A stretch of 64,000 bases of DNA from Arenicellales bacterium (GCA_965215945.1 CBDCFC010000025.1:214805-278804), one strand, 5' to 3'; counted from the first letter of the stretch, positions 19,264 to 28,806 are shown. Numbers and translations are program-made. Notes: generated by a model not told the origin, from the letters alone.

Positions 19264-20175
19264 TTAGCTGTTTTTAGAGTTGAATCGTTGCCAGCTGGAT
19301 TGCAGTTTATCCGGGTAATCGGTGATGATTCCATCGATCCCCCAACGCATTAATTTGTTCAAAGTCAGTTTGTGATTGACAGTCCAGGTCATGACTTGCA
19401 GATCACGATTGTGAGCCTGATTCAATGTTTTTTTAGTCAGGTTCTTGTAGTAGGGAATCCAAAATTCAGCGCCAAGTTCCGCAACCATGTCTGCAACCAG
19501 ATTGTTAAAATCACGAATATCCAATCCCGCATTCCAAGACGAGGCTTTGCCTTTAACAGGCGATAAAGTATCATCTGTGGGATCAATTATGCTCAGGCAA
19601 CCGGTTAGTAATGAGCGATCCATTTCTCTGACGGCTTTGACCACAGCCCAATTGAAGCAGGACACCACACAGCGATCGGCAATGTTCAGACGATGAATTT
19701 CATTGACTACTTTTTTGGCCAATATGCTTGGTCTCGGACATAAATCGGGTTCAAGTGGAGAATGCTTGATTTCAATATTTAACAGTGCATGATTTAAGTT
19801 TTGTTTGTCAAAATACTCAACCAGCTCGGCCAGTGTCGGGATGGTTTGATCTGGCAATGGTTGTTGTTTTCTAAATCGAAAACCATAAGGTGTGTTTTTA
19901 TTTATTGCGCCAAGTTTGTATTGTTTAAGTTGTTTTAGTGTCAAGGATCGAATCGGTGGTCCGACATTTTTAACCCATTTCCCATTCGAGTCTCTGGTGA
20001 TGTTCGATTTGAGTCTGAGATCATGATAAATCACTAGTTGATTGTCTTTGCTGAGTTGAAGATCAAATTCAATTCCATCAGCGCCGAATTCAAACGGCTT
20101 GATCAGTGAGGGTAGGGTGTTTTCCGCCAGTAAGCCGCGAGCACCGCGATGGCCTAGTAATGAAATTTGTCGCAT
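19264..20175 (-). CDS. glycerophosphodiester phosphodiesterase family protein
   Basis: 303 aa with the GDPD N-terminal motifs HRGARGLLAENTL and GADGIEFDLQLSKDNQLVIYHD. Confidence 0.8.
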   Translation of the reverse strand: MRQISLLGHRGARGLLAENTLPSLIKPFEFGADGIEFDLQLSKDNQLVIYHDLRLKSNITRDSNGKWVKNVGPPIRSLTLKQLKQYKLGAINKNTPYGFRFRKQQPLPDQTIPTLAELVEYFDKQNLNHALLNIEIKHSPLEPDLCPRPSILAKKVVNEIHRLNIADRCVVSCFNWAVVKAVREMDRSLLTGCLSIIDPTDDTLSPVKGKASSWNAGLDIRDFNNLVADMVAELGAEFWIPYYKNLTKKTLNQAHNRDLQVMTWTVNHKLTLNKLMRWGIDGIITDYPDKLQSSWQRFNSKNS

Positions 20176-20178
20176 AAT

Positions 20179-20414
20179 CCTAGATTCCTCAGTTGACCGC
20201 TGTGAAATACATTAAAACGTATGAATTCAAATACAAGCACACTTATTTATGCATCCATCTTGTGGATGAACGCGCTACCGGCCTTAAGGCGGGTTAAAAT
20301 CCGCTGCTGCTGTGTTATGGATTTTGTCAGTAGAATAACTACTAACTGCAATCCATGCCTTGCATCAGCACATTTTACCTGTGCCTTAAAATCGGTCCAA
20401 CTGAGGATTCTAGG
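20179..20414. other. element of about 236 bp bounded by 21-bp inverted repeats; MITE-like, or alternatively a 6S-like ncRNA
   Basis: CCTAGATTCCTCAGTTGACCG (20179-20199) pairs with CGGTCCAACTGAGGATTCTAGG (20393-20414). Direct ATAAT on both flanks. Several internal hairpins. No credible CDS. Confidence 0.35.
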
Positions 20415-20461
20415 ATAATCCAGGTTCTTACACGATTTCAATCAGAGTAAAAGTACTTTTT

Positions 20462-21190
20462 ATGGGACAAGTATCACAGATGTACCAAAATATGGTTACT
20501 GAATTAAATGACTGCGGATTAAATCTGGTAGCGGCATTTGATATTTTCGTGTTGCCGGAATCGATTACGGCTACTTTCCCTGAGAATGCAGATAAACACT
20601 ATCAGTCTTTGCTTTTGGTTGGTACCAAGGGAAGTGAATTCTGGCAGCATTTAAAAAGCATTAATAAGACACAAGGTCATTGTTTTGATGAAATGAGTCA
20701 GAAAATTACGGTTGACACTTTTTCTGAAAACTATCCCCAGGCGCAACAGTTGGTTTTATATCCCAGTTCTGAGTATGTATTGCCTTTACAGCAACTGGGT
20801 CGTTTAGTCGGTTGGGGCAGACGGTCAATCTTGGGTCCCGATATCAATGCCGAATATGGCACCTGGTTCGCTTATCGAACAGCTATGCTGGTTTCAGAAG
20901 AGTTACCGCCCACTGAATCTGTTCAGGCAGAGGAAGTCTGTGAGCGTTGCATTGATAAACCATGTCAGCCAGCTTGTCCGGTGGGTGCTGTCAGGGAGAT
21001 AGGAAATTTTGAACTCGATGTGTGTATTGGTCATCGAACGACAGAGAATTCGCCCTGCGCGGACAAGTGTCTGGCCCGCTTAGCCTGTCCGGTTGGCGAG
21101 GAATATTTTTATCAGCCGGATCATCTGACTCATCACGGTTACTTTTCCTTAAGATCAATCAAACGTTATATTGAGAAAGACAATTGTTAA
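20462..21190 (+). CDS. 4Fe-4S ferredoxin-domain protein of unknown function
   Basis: 242 aa. The C-terminus has CERCIDKPCQPACP and CADKCLARLACP cysteine clusters. The N-terminal 150 aa are unassigned. Confidence 0.45.
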   Translation: MGQVSQMYQNMVTELNDCGLNLVAAFDIFVLPESITATFPENADKHYQSLLLVGTKGSEFWQHLKSINKTQGHCFDEMSQKITVDTFSENYPQAQQLVLYPSSEYVLPLQQLGRLVGWGRRSILGPDINAEYGTWFAYRTAMLVSEELPPTESVQAEEVCERCIDKPCQPACPVGAVREIGNFELDVCIGHRTTENSPCADKCLARLACPVGEEYFYQPDHLTHHGYFSLRSIKRYIEKDNC

Positions 21191-21207
21191 ACGATATTGA
21201 ATATGTA

Positions 21208-22206
21208 ATGGATTCGCCGCCTGATTTAGGTGTTCCCTATCAAGTGGCTGATGATATTTACATGCTCAGGTTGCCGCTTCCATTTGCGCTTGATCACGTC
21301 AATGTCTGGTTGCTGGAAGAAAAAAACTCATGGACGATTATTGATACCGGGTTGGGGAGTAGTGATTGTCTTGATATCTGGGAAAATTTGTTAACTTCGT
21401 TTTTATCCAATAAGCCTGTTAGGCAAATCATTCTTACTCATTATCATCCCGATCATGTTGGCCTCAGCGGTGATCTGGTTGACCGTACCGATGCACAAGC
21501 TTTTATGTCTCGTACCGAATGGTTAACGGCTAATATGCTTTATTACGATAGTGGCGGGGAGTTGGGAAAAGAAATGTTGAATCTGTTCAAGCGGCATGGC
21601 TTGCCTGAAGAAGTTTGTGATCAGATAAAAAGTTTTAAGTCATCTTATCGTGACCGCTGTTCAACATTGCCGGCAGGCTTTAACAGAATTAAACACAGTG
21701 ACGAGATTGATATTATCGGATCAATATGGCAATGCCGGGAGGGGCGTGGGCATTCGCCTGAACACATGTCCCTTTATAGCCCGGAGCGAAAAATCTTTAT
21801 TGCAGGTGATCACATTTTGCCCAAGATTACACCAAATATTCCCATGTCGGTACAGGATTTAGATGCCAACCCGATTGCCGATTATCTTGATTCGTTAACA
21901 ACATTTAAAGACATTGGTGATGATGTATTGGTTTTACCTTCTCATCGGTTGCCATTTAAAGGTTTAAAGATACGCATAGATCAATTAACAAATCACCACC
22001 ACGAGCGCTTGCAGACATTGTTAGATGCCTGCGATCAGCCAGTCACTGTTTTTGATGTGCTGCCTGTGTTGTTCAAAAGAACACTTGACGATAATCAAAT
22101 AGTTTTCGCCATGCTGGAAGCTTTGTCGCACCTGGTTTGTTTAGAGAAAAGAGGTGGCCTCAGAAGACAACAAGATAAGCAGCTTATTTGTTGGCAAAAG
22201 TCATAG
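21208..22206 (+). CDS. MBL-fold metallo-hydrolase
   Basis: HYHPDH metal motif. The start is ATG 21208, or alternatively TTG 21184, which overlaps the upstream gene by 7 nt. Confidence 0.75.
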   Translation: MDSPPDLGVPYQVADDIYMLRLPLPFALDHVNVWLLEEKNSWTIIDTGLGSSDCLDIWENLLTSFLSNKPVRQIILTHYHPDHVGLSGDLVDRTDAQAFMSRTEWLTANMLYYDSGGELGKEMLNLFKRHGLPEEVCDQIKSFKSSYRDRCSTLPAGFNRIKHSDEIDIIGSIWQCREGRGHSPEHMSLYSPERKIFIAGDHILPKITPNIPMSVQDLDANPIADYLDSLTTFKDIGDDVLVLPSHRLPFKGLKIRIDQLTNHHHERLQTLLDACDQPVTVFDVLPVLFKRTLDDNQIVFAMLEALSHLVCLEKRGGLRRQQDKQLICWQKS

Positions 22207-22221
22207 CTAAATAAATAATCA

Positions 22222-22264
22222 GGCTCGTCATTCTGGAAGCTCGGAGAGCTATCCAGAATCTCCC
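22222..22264. repeat. REP-like palindromic unit (long form)
   Basis: GCTCGTCATTCTGGAAGCTCGGAGAGCTATCCAGAATCTCC. A near-identical copy lies at 25210-25248. Confidence 0.5.
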
Positions 22265-22345
22265 GACTTGCTCAAGGCACTAGCAGATGGCACCCCAGGT
22301 CGGTGTGATGATCAAGTATTTAATCTTCTGGGGAATTCGTAATAT

Positions 22346-23776
22346 TTAGCTCGCTTGCGAACCGGTAATCGCTTTGAGTTCCAGGAATTCGTGCAAGCCC
22401 CAAACACTTTTTTCACGGCCATTGCCGGATTGTTTATAACCACCGAAAGGGGTGTTAGTGTTGCCGCCAACGTAGTTGATTGCCACTTGACCGGCACGGA
22501 TTTGTCGAGCAACCTGTTTGGCGTGCTCCATATCTCCTGACGATACATAGCCGGCCAGGCCGTATTCGGTATCATTGGCAATTTCTATGGCTTCTTCTTC
22601 GGTGTTATAAGCCAGGATGCAAACCACCGGGCCGAAAATTTCTTCACGGGCAATCGTCATATCGTTAGTGACATTGGCAAATACTGTTGGTTTCACATAG
22701 TAGCCAGTTTCCAACCCTTCAGGTTTTTCCGGTCCACCGGCAACCAGGGTTGCGCCTTCATCAATTCCTTTTTGAATTAAACCGGTAATTTTCTCATATT
22801 GGACATCGCTTACCACTGGACCAATTTCAGTGTCTTCTGAAGATGGATCACCAACAGGAATTTTATTAGCAGCTTCTCTGGCAGCTTGAATAGCGATATC
22901 CATTTGATCAGTCGGGACCAACATCCGTGTCGGTGCGTTACAGGATTGACCACTGTTGTCCATGACATAATCAATGCCATCAGCAACCGCTTTAGCAACA
23001 TCAGTATCTGCCAAAATAATATTCGCCGATTTACCGCCTAATTCCTGACCGACACGTTTAACTGTGTCGGCAGACGCTTTGGCAACGGCTATGCCGCCAC
23101 GGGTTGAACCTGTAAACGACATCATATCGATATCAGAATGGCGCGACATGTGCTCACCCACATCCGGGCCGTTACCATTGATCAAATTGCAAACACCTGC
23201 AGGCACGCCGGCCTCATGCATGATCTCAGTCCAGACAATGCCGGTGATCGGCGAGATTTCACTGGGTTTTAAAATCATTGTACAGCCAGCGGCCAGGGCG
23301 GGTGAGACTTTGGCTGAAATTTGATTCAACGGCCAGTTCCAGGGCGTAATCAAGCCGCATACTCCGATGGGCTCATAACGCAAAATCATGTCGTCCTTAA
23401 CGGTTTCGAATTCAAAATTCTTAAGCGCATTCAAAGTGCTTTTTATGTGGCCTAAACCCAGAGCGGCCTGGGCGCCGCGTGCGTGTTTAATCGGTGACCC
23501 CATTTCCATTGAAGTTGCTTCAGCCAAATCGTCCCAGCGTTTTTTGTAAACGTCGATAATGTTTTGCATAAGTTCGATACGTTCTTGTACGCTGTAATTA
23601 GAATAGCTATTGAATGCTTTGCGGGCTACTGCAACCGCCTTATCAACATCGGCTTTTGAACCCATGCTGATCTCGGCGAAAGCTAATTCGGTGGCGGGGT
23701 TGATGACATCCATTTTTTTTGGCTCAGTTGGATCAACCCACTGACCATCAATATAGAACTGTAAATATTGTTTCAT
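22346..23776 (-). CDS. NAD(P)-dependent aldehyde dehydrogenase
   Basis: I placed the start at MKQYLQFYIDGQWV (ATG 23774-23776). It has ELGGKSA and the catalytic CNAPTR segment. The 99 extra N-terminal codons in the track have no homology-like content. Confidence 0.9.
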   Translation of the reverse strand: MKQYLQFYIDGQWVDPTEPKKMDVINPATELAFAEISMGSKADVDKAVAVARKAFNSYSNYSVQERIELMQNIIDVYKKRWDDLAEATSMEMGSPIKHARGAQAALGLGHIKSTLNALKNFEFETVKDDMILRYEPIGVCGLITPWNWPLNQISAKVSPALAAGCTMILKPSEISPITGIVWTEIMHEAGVPAGVCNLINGNGPDVGEHMSRHSDIDMMSFTGSTRGGIAVAKASADTVKRVGQELGGKSANIILADTDVAKAVADGIDYVMDNSGQSCNAPTRMLVPTDQMDIAIQAAREAANKIPVGDPSSEDTEIGPVVSDVQYEKITGLIQKGIDEGATLVAGGPEKPEGLETGYYVKPTVFANVTNDMTIAREEIFGPVVCILAYNTEEEAIEIANDTEYGLAGYVSSGDMEHAKQVARQIRAGQVAINYVGGNTNTPFGGYKQSGNGREKSVWGLHEFLELKAITGSQAS

Positions 23777-23866
23777 GTTGAAATTCCTGCCAGGTGAAAA
23801 TGGTGCAATTATCTGGCTGTCAATATTAATTCTATTTATGCCTATTTTCCAATAAAATTCAAAAGC

Positions 23867-24469
23867 ATGGAAAATCACTGTCATAATTTTAAAAACTGGA
23901 TTTTTGACATGGACGGCACACTTACAATGGCCTGCCATGATTTCGCTGCAATCCGTCGCCAGCTTGGCATGCCCGAGAATAAACCCATCCTTGAAGAGAT
24001 TAATAAGTTGCCGGCTGAACAAGCTCAACGGATTCATCAACAGCTGTATGATATTGAGCTTGAGCTGGCTCATCAGGCCCGGCCGCAGCCAGGTGTGGAA
24101 CGACTATTAAATCATTTAAGCGTGACAGGGCATAACCTGGGCATTCTTACTCGTAATGATTTAGAGATTGCATTTACCACCTTGCAAGCTTGTGGTTTGA
24201 TTGATTACTTTGAACCAGAAAATGTGCTTGGTAGGGAATGCTGCGCACCCAAACCTGATCCTGAAGGTGTTTTAAAACTGATGCACAAATGGAATGCTGA
24301 AGCGTATAAAACAGTTATGGTCGGAGATTACTGGTTTGATTTAAAAAGCGGTTATGATGCAGGCGCTCATACTATTCATTTTGATGTGGATGGTTCAAGG
24401 TCATGGCCGGATGTCACTCACTTTCGCATCAATACTTTCAGTGAAGTAACAGACCTTATCATTCACTGA
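23867..24469 (+). CDS. HAD-superfamily hydrolase
   Basis: 200 aa with motif I FDMDGTL, motif II LTRN and motif III/IV MVGDYWFDL. Confidence 0.75.
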   Translation: MENHCHNFKNWIFDMDGTLTMACHDFAAIRRQLGMPENKPILEEINKLPAEQAQRIHQQLYDIELELAHQARPQPGVERLLNHLSVTGHNLGILTRNDLEIAFTTLQACGLIDYFEPENVLGRECCAPKPDPEGVLKLMHKWNAEAYKTVMVGDYWFDLKSGYDAGAHTIHFDVDGSRSWPDVTHFRINTFSEVTDLIIH

Positions 24470-24487
24470 TAATTTTGAAAAAACCTA

Positions 24488-24994
24488 TTAAGAAGGAGGA
24501 ATATAAATATATGTTTGACCTGATTTAAAACTTTTGAACTCACTTTCATATATTTCTGTTTGTGATTTGCCCGTTTTTTTATCTGTTATCCAAAATTTCA
24601 TGTTTTTACCATCTACTTCTCCCTGCAATAAATAATGCTTGCCTTTTTCAATTTTGAATTTAGTTTTCCAAAAAGCTCTACAAGGACACGAATCAAATAG
24701 CGACTTCCCATTGGTTTCACCTACAAAAATAAATTCATGTTCTCCTTTATTAACTCTTATACCATCCTGAAAAAGGTCTCTGTAGGCTGGTGGCAGTATA
24801 GGCTTTCCATCGATTGCGGCGATTTTATAATATTGAATATCTAATAATGCTTTACCGTTGGAAGTACCTTCGATGAAAGAAATATCAGACCTTGATTTGT
24901 CTGGCTCCTCGTAATGATTTTCCCTGTATTCATTTGTTGTGACACAGCCTGTTAAATAAATAATCATCACTATAGCTGTCAATCTTAAAAGCAT
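24488..24994 (-). CDS. hypothetical lipoprotein
   Basis: 168 aa with a signal peptide ending in the lipobox LTGC. Confidence 0.5.
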   Translation of the reverse strand: MLLRLTAIVMIIYLTGCVTTNEYRENHYEEPDKSRSDISFIEGTSNGKALLDIQYYKIAAIDGKPILPPAYRDLFQDGIRVNKGEHEFIFVGETNGKSLFDSCPCRAFWKTKFKIEKGKHYLLQGEVDGKNMKFWITDKKTGKSQTEIYESEFKSFKSGQTYIYIPPS

Positions 24995-25122
24995 TTTATT
25001 GTCCTTGTATTTAGTTAAATTCGGGCATTAATTCCTTGCACTATTATATTTTGAAGCTCATTTTTTAACTAGTGAGCATCCCACGGATTTATTGCAAGGC
25101 AGCTATTTACGGGAGTGCATTT

Positions 25123-25390
25123 GGAGATCCCGCAACAAGCCTGTGCCGGATACTGAATCGAGTTCAGCACAGGCTTTGATCCGGTATGCGGGACAGGGAT
25201 TCCAGTTTACGTCATTCTGGAAGCTCAAAGAGCTATCCAGAATCTCCCTAAAATAAGCGAGGAGTCACTAAGGAGATCCCGGAATAAATCCGGGAAAAGT
25301 TCTTTCCTTAAGTAAAGGTGTCATACTGGCGTAGGCCAGTATCTCCATGATGCCATGAGTTTAGTAGATTCGGCTTTCGCCGGAATGACG
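25123..25390. repeat. array of five short palindromic repeat modules (REP/MITE-like)
   Basis: Modules: GGAGATCCCGCAA...GCGGGA nested palindrome (25123-25198), GTCATTCTGG...CCAGAATCTCC (25210-25248), GGAGATCCCGGAATAAATCCGGG (25272-25294), GTCATACTGGCGTAGGCCAGTATCTCC (25320-25346), and an inverted short unit (25366-25390). Confidence 0.6.
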
Positions 25391-25438
25391 AGGGTTCAAA
25401 AGAAAGCATCGGTCTCCATCTGTATGAAACTGTAGGTC

Positions 25439-27901
25439 TTACGCCGCCTCAGAGGTGACTAACGGAGCAGTTTGTTGACCTTTAGCTATTTCGCTAGTTT
25501 CAAAATGATCAACATGAATCACTTCCATCAGCTCTTTGTCGAATTGAAATAACTGATCGGCTTCATCATCAGTAATTACACCTGCCTGTTGAGCTAACTC
25601 AATTTGCTCTTTACCCAGGGCCTTTTCCAGCTTTTCAGCTTTAATAGCATCGCGAATCTTTTTATAAATAGGTGCTAGCTCAAGGCTTTGCATAAACACT
25701 GCGTTGACATGGCCCACAGGGTTTGTTGGCAGATTTTGATCGAATGTGCCTTGTAACAAGCGTTCCCGGGTTTCGCTTGCCGTGGTGAACAATTTAACCA
25801 GTTTCTTGTCCTGATAGTCCCTTGGCATGTCAAACCTGGCGCCCAAAGGAAAAATAATAAATCGCATTTTCATCGCCAGGAATTTGCTGGGATAGTTTTG
25901 CAAGATTTCCTGCATGGCGATTTGATACTGATGGGTTAAATAATTCATCGTCCACTCAACTAACGGGTATTCTTCCTCAGGGCAACCCTCTGATTCATAG
26001 TGTTTCAATACCATGCTAGCCAGATACAAGTAGCTCAATAGATCACCCAGACGAGCTGACAGCATTTCCTTGAATTTGAGTTTAGACTGTAATGTCAGCA
26101 TGGAAACGTCGGCAATTAAGGCAAAAGCTGCGCTTAAGCGATTTAAATCGCGATAGTGCTTGGTTAATTTGGCATTGCCAGTCGTGGTGGCGAAGCGACC
26201 GCCTGTTACACCTAATACTAAAGAGCGAACAGCATTCGAGATTGAGAAACCAACGTGACCGAAGAAAACCTTGTCAAATTCGGATACAGTTGAATCGTTT
26301 ATTTCCTGACCAGCCAGTTCCATTTCTTTTAAGACATATGGATGGCTGCGAGTCGCACCCTGACCGAATATCATCAGGTTGCGAGTCATGATGTTTGCGC
26401 CCTCTACAGTGATGGCGACAGGAATGGAGCTGTAGGCATCGGCGATATAGTTTTTGGGGCCAAGCATAACGGCTTTACCCCCATGAATATCCATCGCGTC
26501 CAGGGCAACTTGACGGCCCATTTCGGTCAGATGATATTTAAGAATTGCAGACGGCACACTGGGTTTTTCGCCATAAGACAGCGATTGAGCTGTGTGCAAC
26601 CGTGCTGCATTCATAATGTAGGTCAGGCCGATAATACGCGCCAATGGCTTTTGTACACCTTCAAACATTGCAATCGGCAAACCAAACTGCTGGCGAACCG
26701 CGCTGTAGGCAGAGGTGCCAAGCAGCATGTGTTTAGCCAGTGAAGTGGAAATACTGGGCAGGGTGATACAACGGCCGACTGACAGGCAGTTGACCAACAT
26801 GGTCCAGCCTTTACCGGCCATTTCCGGCCCCCCGATAATGTAATCAAGTGGCACGAACACGTCTTCACCTTCGATTGGGCCATTTAAGAATGGATCACCA
26901 ATTGGGCGATGACGACGGCCAATTTTAATACCTTTGGTTTCGCGCGGAATCAAAGCACAGGTAATTCCATAATCGTCAACGTCACCAAGTAAATGATCGG
27001 GATCTTCCAGTCTGAATGCCAAACCGATTAATGTGGCAACCGGCGCCAGGGTGATATAACGTTTTTTGAAGTTAAGCTTCATGCCAAGTACTTCTTTGCC
27101 TTCAAATTCACCTTTGCAGATCACACCGGTGTCGGGTAATGAGGTGGCATCTGAACCCGCTAGCGGGCCAGTCAAGGCGAAGCAGGGCACATCAATGCCT
27201 TTGGCAAGTCGAGGCAGGTAGTAATTCTTTTGTTCCTCGGTGCCATATTTGATTAATAATTCGCCGGGGCCGAGCGAATTGGGTACGGTAATATAGTTGG
27301 CAATACAACCGCCGGCTGAGCCCAGCAAGCTGATAACTTCAGTCTGGGCCATGCCGGAGAAATCATGGCCGCCATATTCTTTGGGAATAATCATGCCCAA
27401 AAAGCCATTGTCTTTAATGAACTTTTCAATCTTGGGTGGAATGACAGTGGTATTGTGATTGACTTCCCAATTGTCAACCATGGCACATAATTCTTTTACG
27501 GGTCCATCGATAAAGACTTGCTCTTCTTCGCTGAAAGAGGGTTTAGGCAGGGAAAGCAATTTATTCCACTGAGGGTTGCCGCTGAATAATTCCCCGTCCC
27601 ACCAGACCGTGCCAGCATCAATGGCTTCTTGCTCAGTTTCAGAAATTTCTGGCAAAACATTTTTGAACCAGGCAAAAATGGGTTTGCTCAAATGTTTTTC
27701 TCTCAAGCTGTCTATTGATAACAGTCCTATCGCTGCTGCCGCAATAATCAGCAAAAAGGAAAGTATTCCACTTGCACCTGCAATCAACGAGAGTAACGCA
27801 GTAGCCGCCATCGCAATTGCCGAAGTACGCAGTGACATTTGCTTAAAGCTAAGGGTGAAAAACACGGCTAAAGCAATCAATAAAACGATAAATGTAGTCA
27901 T
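25439..27901 (-). CDS. fadE: acyl-CoA dehydrogenase FadE
   Basis: 820 aa with an N-terminal membrane segment followed by EQEAIDAGTVWWDGELFSGNPQW, collinear with E. coli FadE as I recall it. Confidence 0.9.
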   Translation of the reverse strand: MTTFIVLLIALAVFFTLSFKQMSLRTSAIAMAATALLSLIAGASGILSFLLIIAAAAIGLLSIDSLREKHLSKPIFAWFKNVLPEISETEQEAIDAGTVWWDGELFSGNPQWNKLLSLPKPSFSEEEQVFIDGPVKELCAMVDNWEVNHNTTVIPPKIEKFIKDNGFLGMIIPKEYGGHDFSGMAQTEVISLLGSAGGCIANYITVPNSLGPGELLIKYGTEEQKNYYLPRLAKGIDVPCFALTGPLAGSDATSLPDTGVICKGEFEGKEVLGMKLNFKKRYITLAPVATLIGLAFRLEDPDHLLGDVDDYGITCALIPRETKGIKIGRRHRPIGDPFLNGPIEGEDVFVPLDYIIGGPEMAGKGWTMLVNCLSVGRCITLPSISTSLAKHMLLGTSAYSAVRQQFGLPIAMFEGVQKPLARIIGLTYIMNAARLHTAQSLSYGEKPSVPSAILKYHLTEMGRQVALDAMDIHGGKAVMLGPKNYIADAYSSIPVAITVEGANIMTRNLMIFGQGATRSHPYVLKEMELAGQEINDSTVSEFDKVFFGHVGFSISNAVRSLVLGVTGGRFATTTGNAKLTKHYRDLNRLSAAFALIADVSMLTLQSKLKFKEMLSARLGDLLSYLYLASMVLKHYESEGCPEEEYPLVEWTMNYLTHQYQIAMQEILQNYPSKFLAMKMRFIIFPLGARFDMPRDYQDKKLVKLFTTASETRERLLQGTFDQNLPTNPVGHVNAVFMQSLELAPIYKKIRDAIKAEKLEKALGKEQIELAQQAGVITDDEADQLFQFDKELMEVIHVDHFETSEIAKGQQTAPLVTSEAA

Positions 27902-28029
27902 TTTTGTTTCCTGGTCGTGACCGTTATAAAATGTTTGCGTTTTTTAAAAAATAAAACGAGCGTTCGTTCTTTTTTTATGTTAATCTATTTCTTATCCCAT
28001 AGCAAGTTAAATATTTAAAGCTTAATCGT

Positions 28030-28761
28030 ATGACAGCGCTGGCAGCCAAAGTTTCAGATTTTCCCGATATTTCCTGTTTTGATTCCTATCAAAAAGCTTT
28101 TCCATACAAAGGGGAGAAATTGTTTGAAAAGATTTATGAACAAAACAAAGACGATATAAAAATCAAAAAAAGTCATGTTGCCATCGCTAACTTAAAAAAG
28201 ATTTTTAAGGCGGCGTTTAAGTTGTCTTCGCAAATTGGTTTTCACGAAATGTCGGTGCGTGATTTGTCCAATTCCACCGGAGTAAGCATGGGTAGTATTT
28301 ATTCTTGTATTTCTAAAAAAGAGAATATTGCCGTTATCGTCAAAAATTTTGTCAGTGAAGTGTCCGAACAATATATGCAGATCGGTCGCCAACAAACGGA
28401 TGCCTGGTCCAAGTTGGAAACGACCATCCGTTTGCAGTTTTATAATAGTTGTATTTTGCAACCGTGGTTATTCTTTTTGTATTTCGAAACCCGCAGTTTG
28501 CCTGAAAAGCATCAGGTGGACTCAAAACAGATTGAACTTAATACTATCGCGAACTACAAAGCCATTATTGATGATGGTGTTGCACAAGGTGCTTTTGAGA
28601 CTCAACAATCCTCATTCATCGCACACAATATTCTGGTTTTAATCCAGGACTGGTATCTAAAGCCCTGGAAAAACAAACAGCAGCAGATTGATCGCGAACA
28701 GTACCTGGAAGATATTTTGCTAATGGTTAAGACATCTTTAATCGCAAAACAGCCGGTCTAA
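28030..28761 (+). CDS. TetR-family transcriptional regulator (probable fad cluster regulator)
   Basis: 243 aa with the HTH FHEMSVRDLSNSTGVSMGSIYSCI. It is divergent from fadE and lies upstream of fadD. Confidence 0.8.
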   Translation: MTALAAKVSDFPDISCFDSYQKAFPYKGEKLFEKIYEQNKDDIKIKKSHVAIANLKKIFKAAFKLSSQIGFHEMSVRDLSNSTGVSMGSIYSCISKKENIAVIVKNFVSEVSEQYMQIGRQQTDAWSKLETTIRLQFYNSCILQPWLFFLYFETRSLPEKHQVDSKQIELNTIANYKAIIDDGVAQGAFETQQSSFIAHNILVLIQDWYLKPWKNKQQQIDREQYLEDILLMVKTSLIAKQPV

Positions 28762-28806
28762 AATTTTATACAATAGGAACCGTACAGAGTTTAAAGAGGT
28801 AATGTA

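Noticed and set aside
23777-24073. N-terminal extensions in the ORF track: ALDH to 24073, GST to 39150, IDH-like to 49077, DMGDH-like from 59220, repeat lipoprotein from 50902, and the membrane protein from 37680.
   Set aside because: Homology-like sequence begins at an internal Met that has a better ribosome-binding site. The ALDH extension would also overlap the divergent HAD gene. I trimmed the starts accordingly.
25123-25390. The repeat arrays at 25.1, 30.5 and 36.3-36.5 kb as CRISPR arrays.
   Set aside because: The modules are of different types, palindromic and irregularly spaced. They lack a constant direct repeat separated by unique spacers, and no cas genes are present.
27937-27974. 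AT-rich dyads (TGCGTTTTTTAAAAAATAAAACGAG and AACGAGCGTTCGTT) between fadE and the TetR gene as the fad operator.
   Set aside because: They are short, AT-rich and not repeated upstream of fadD, fadH or the dehydrogenase gene. The evidence is too weak to call a site.
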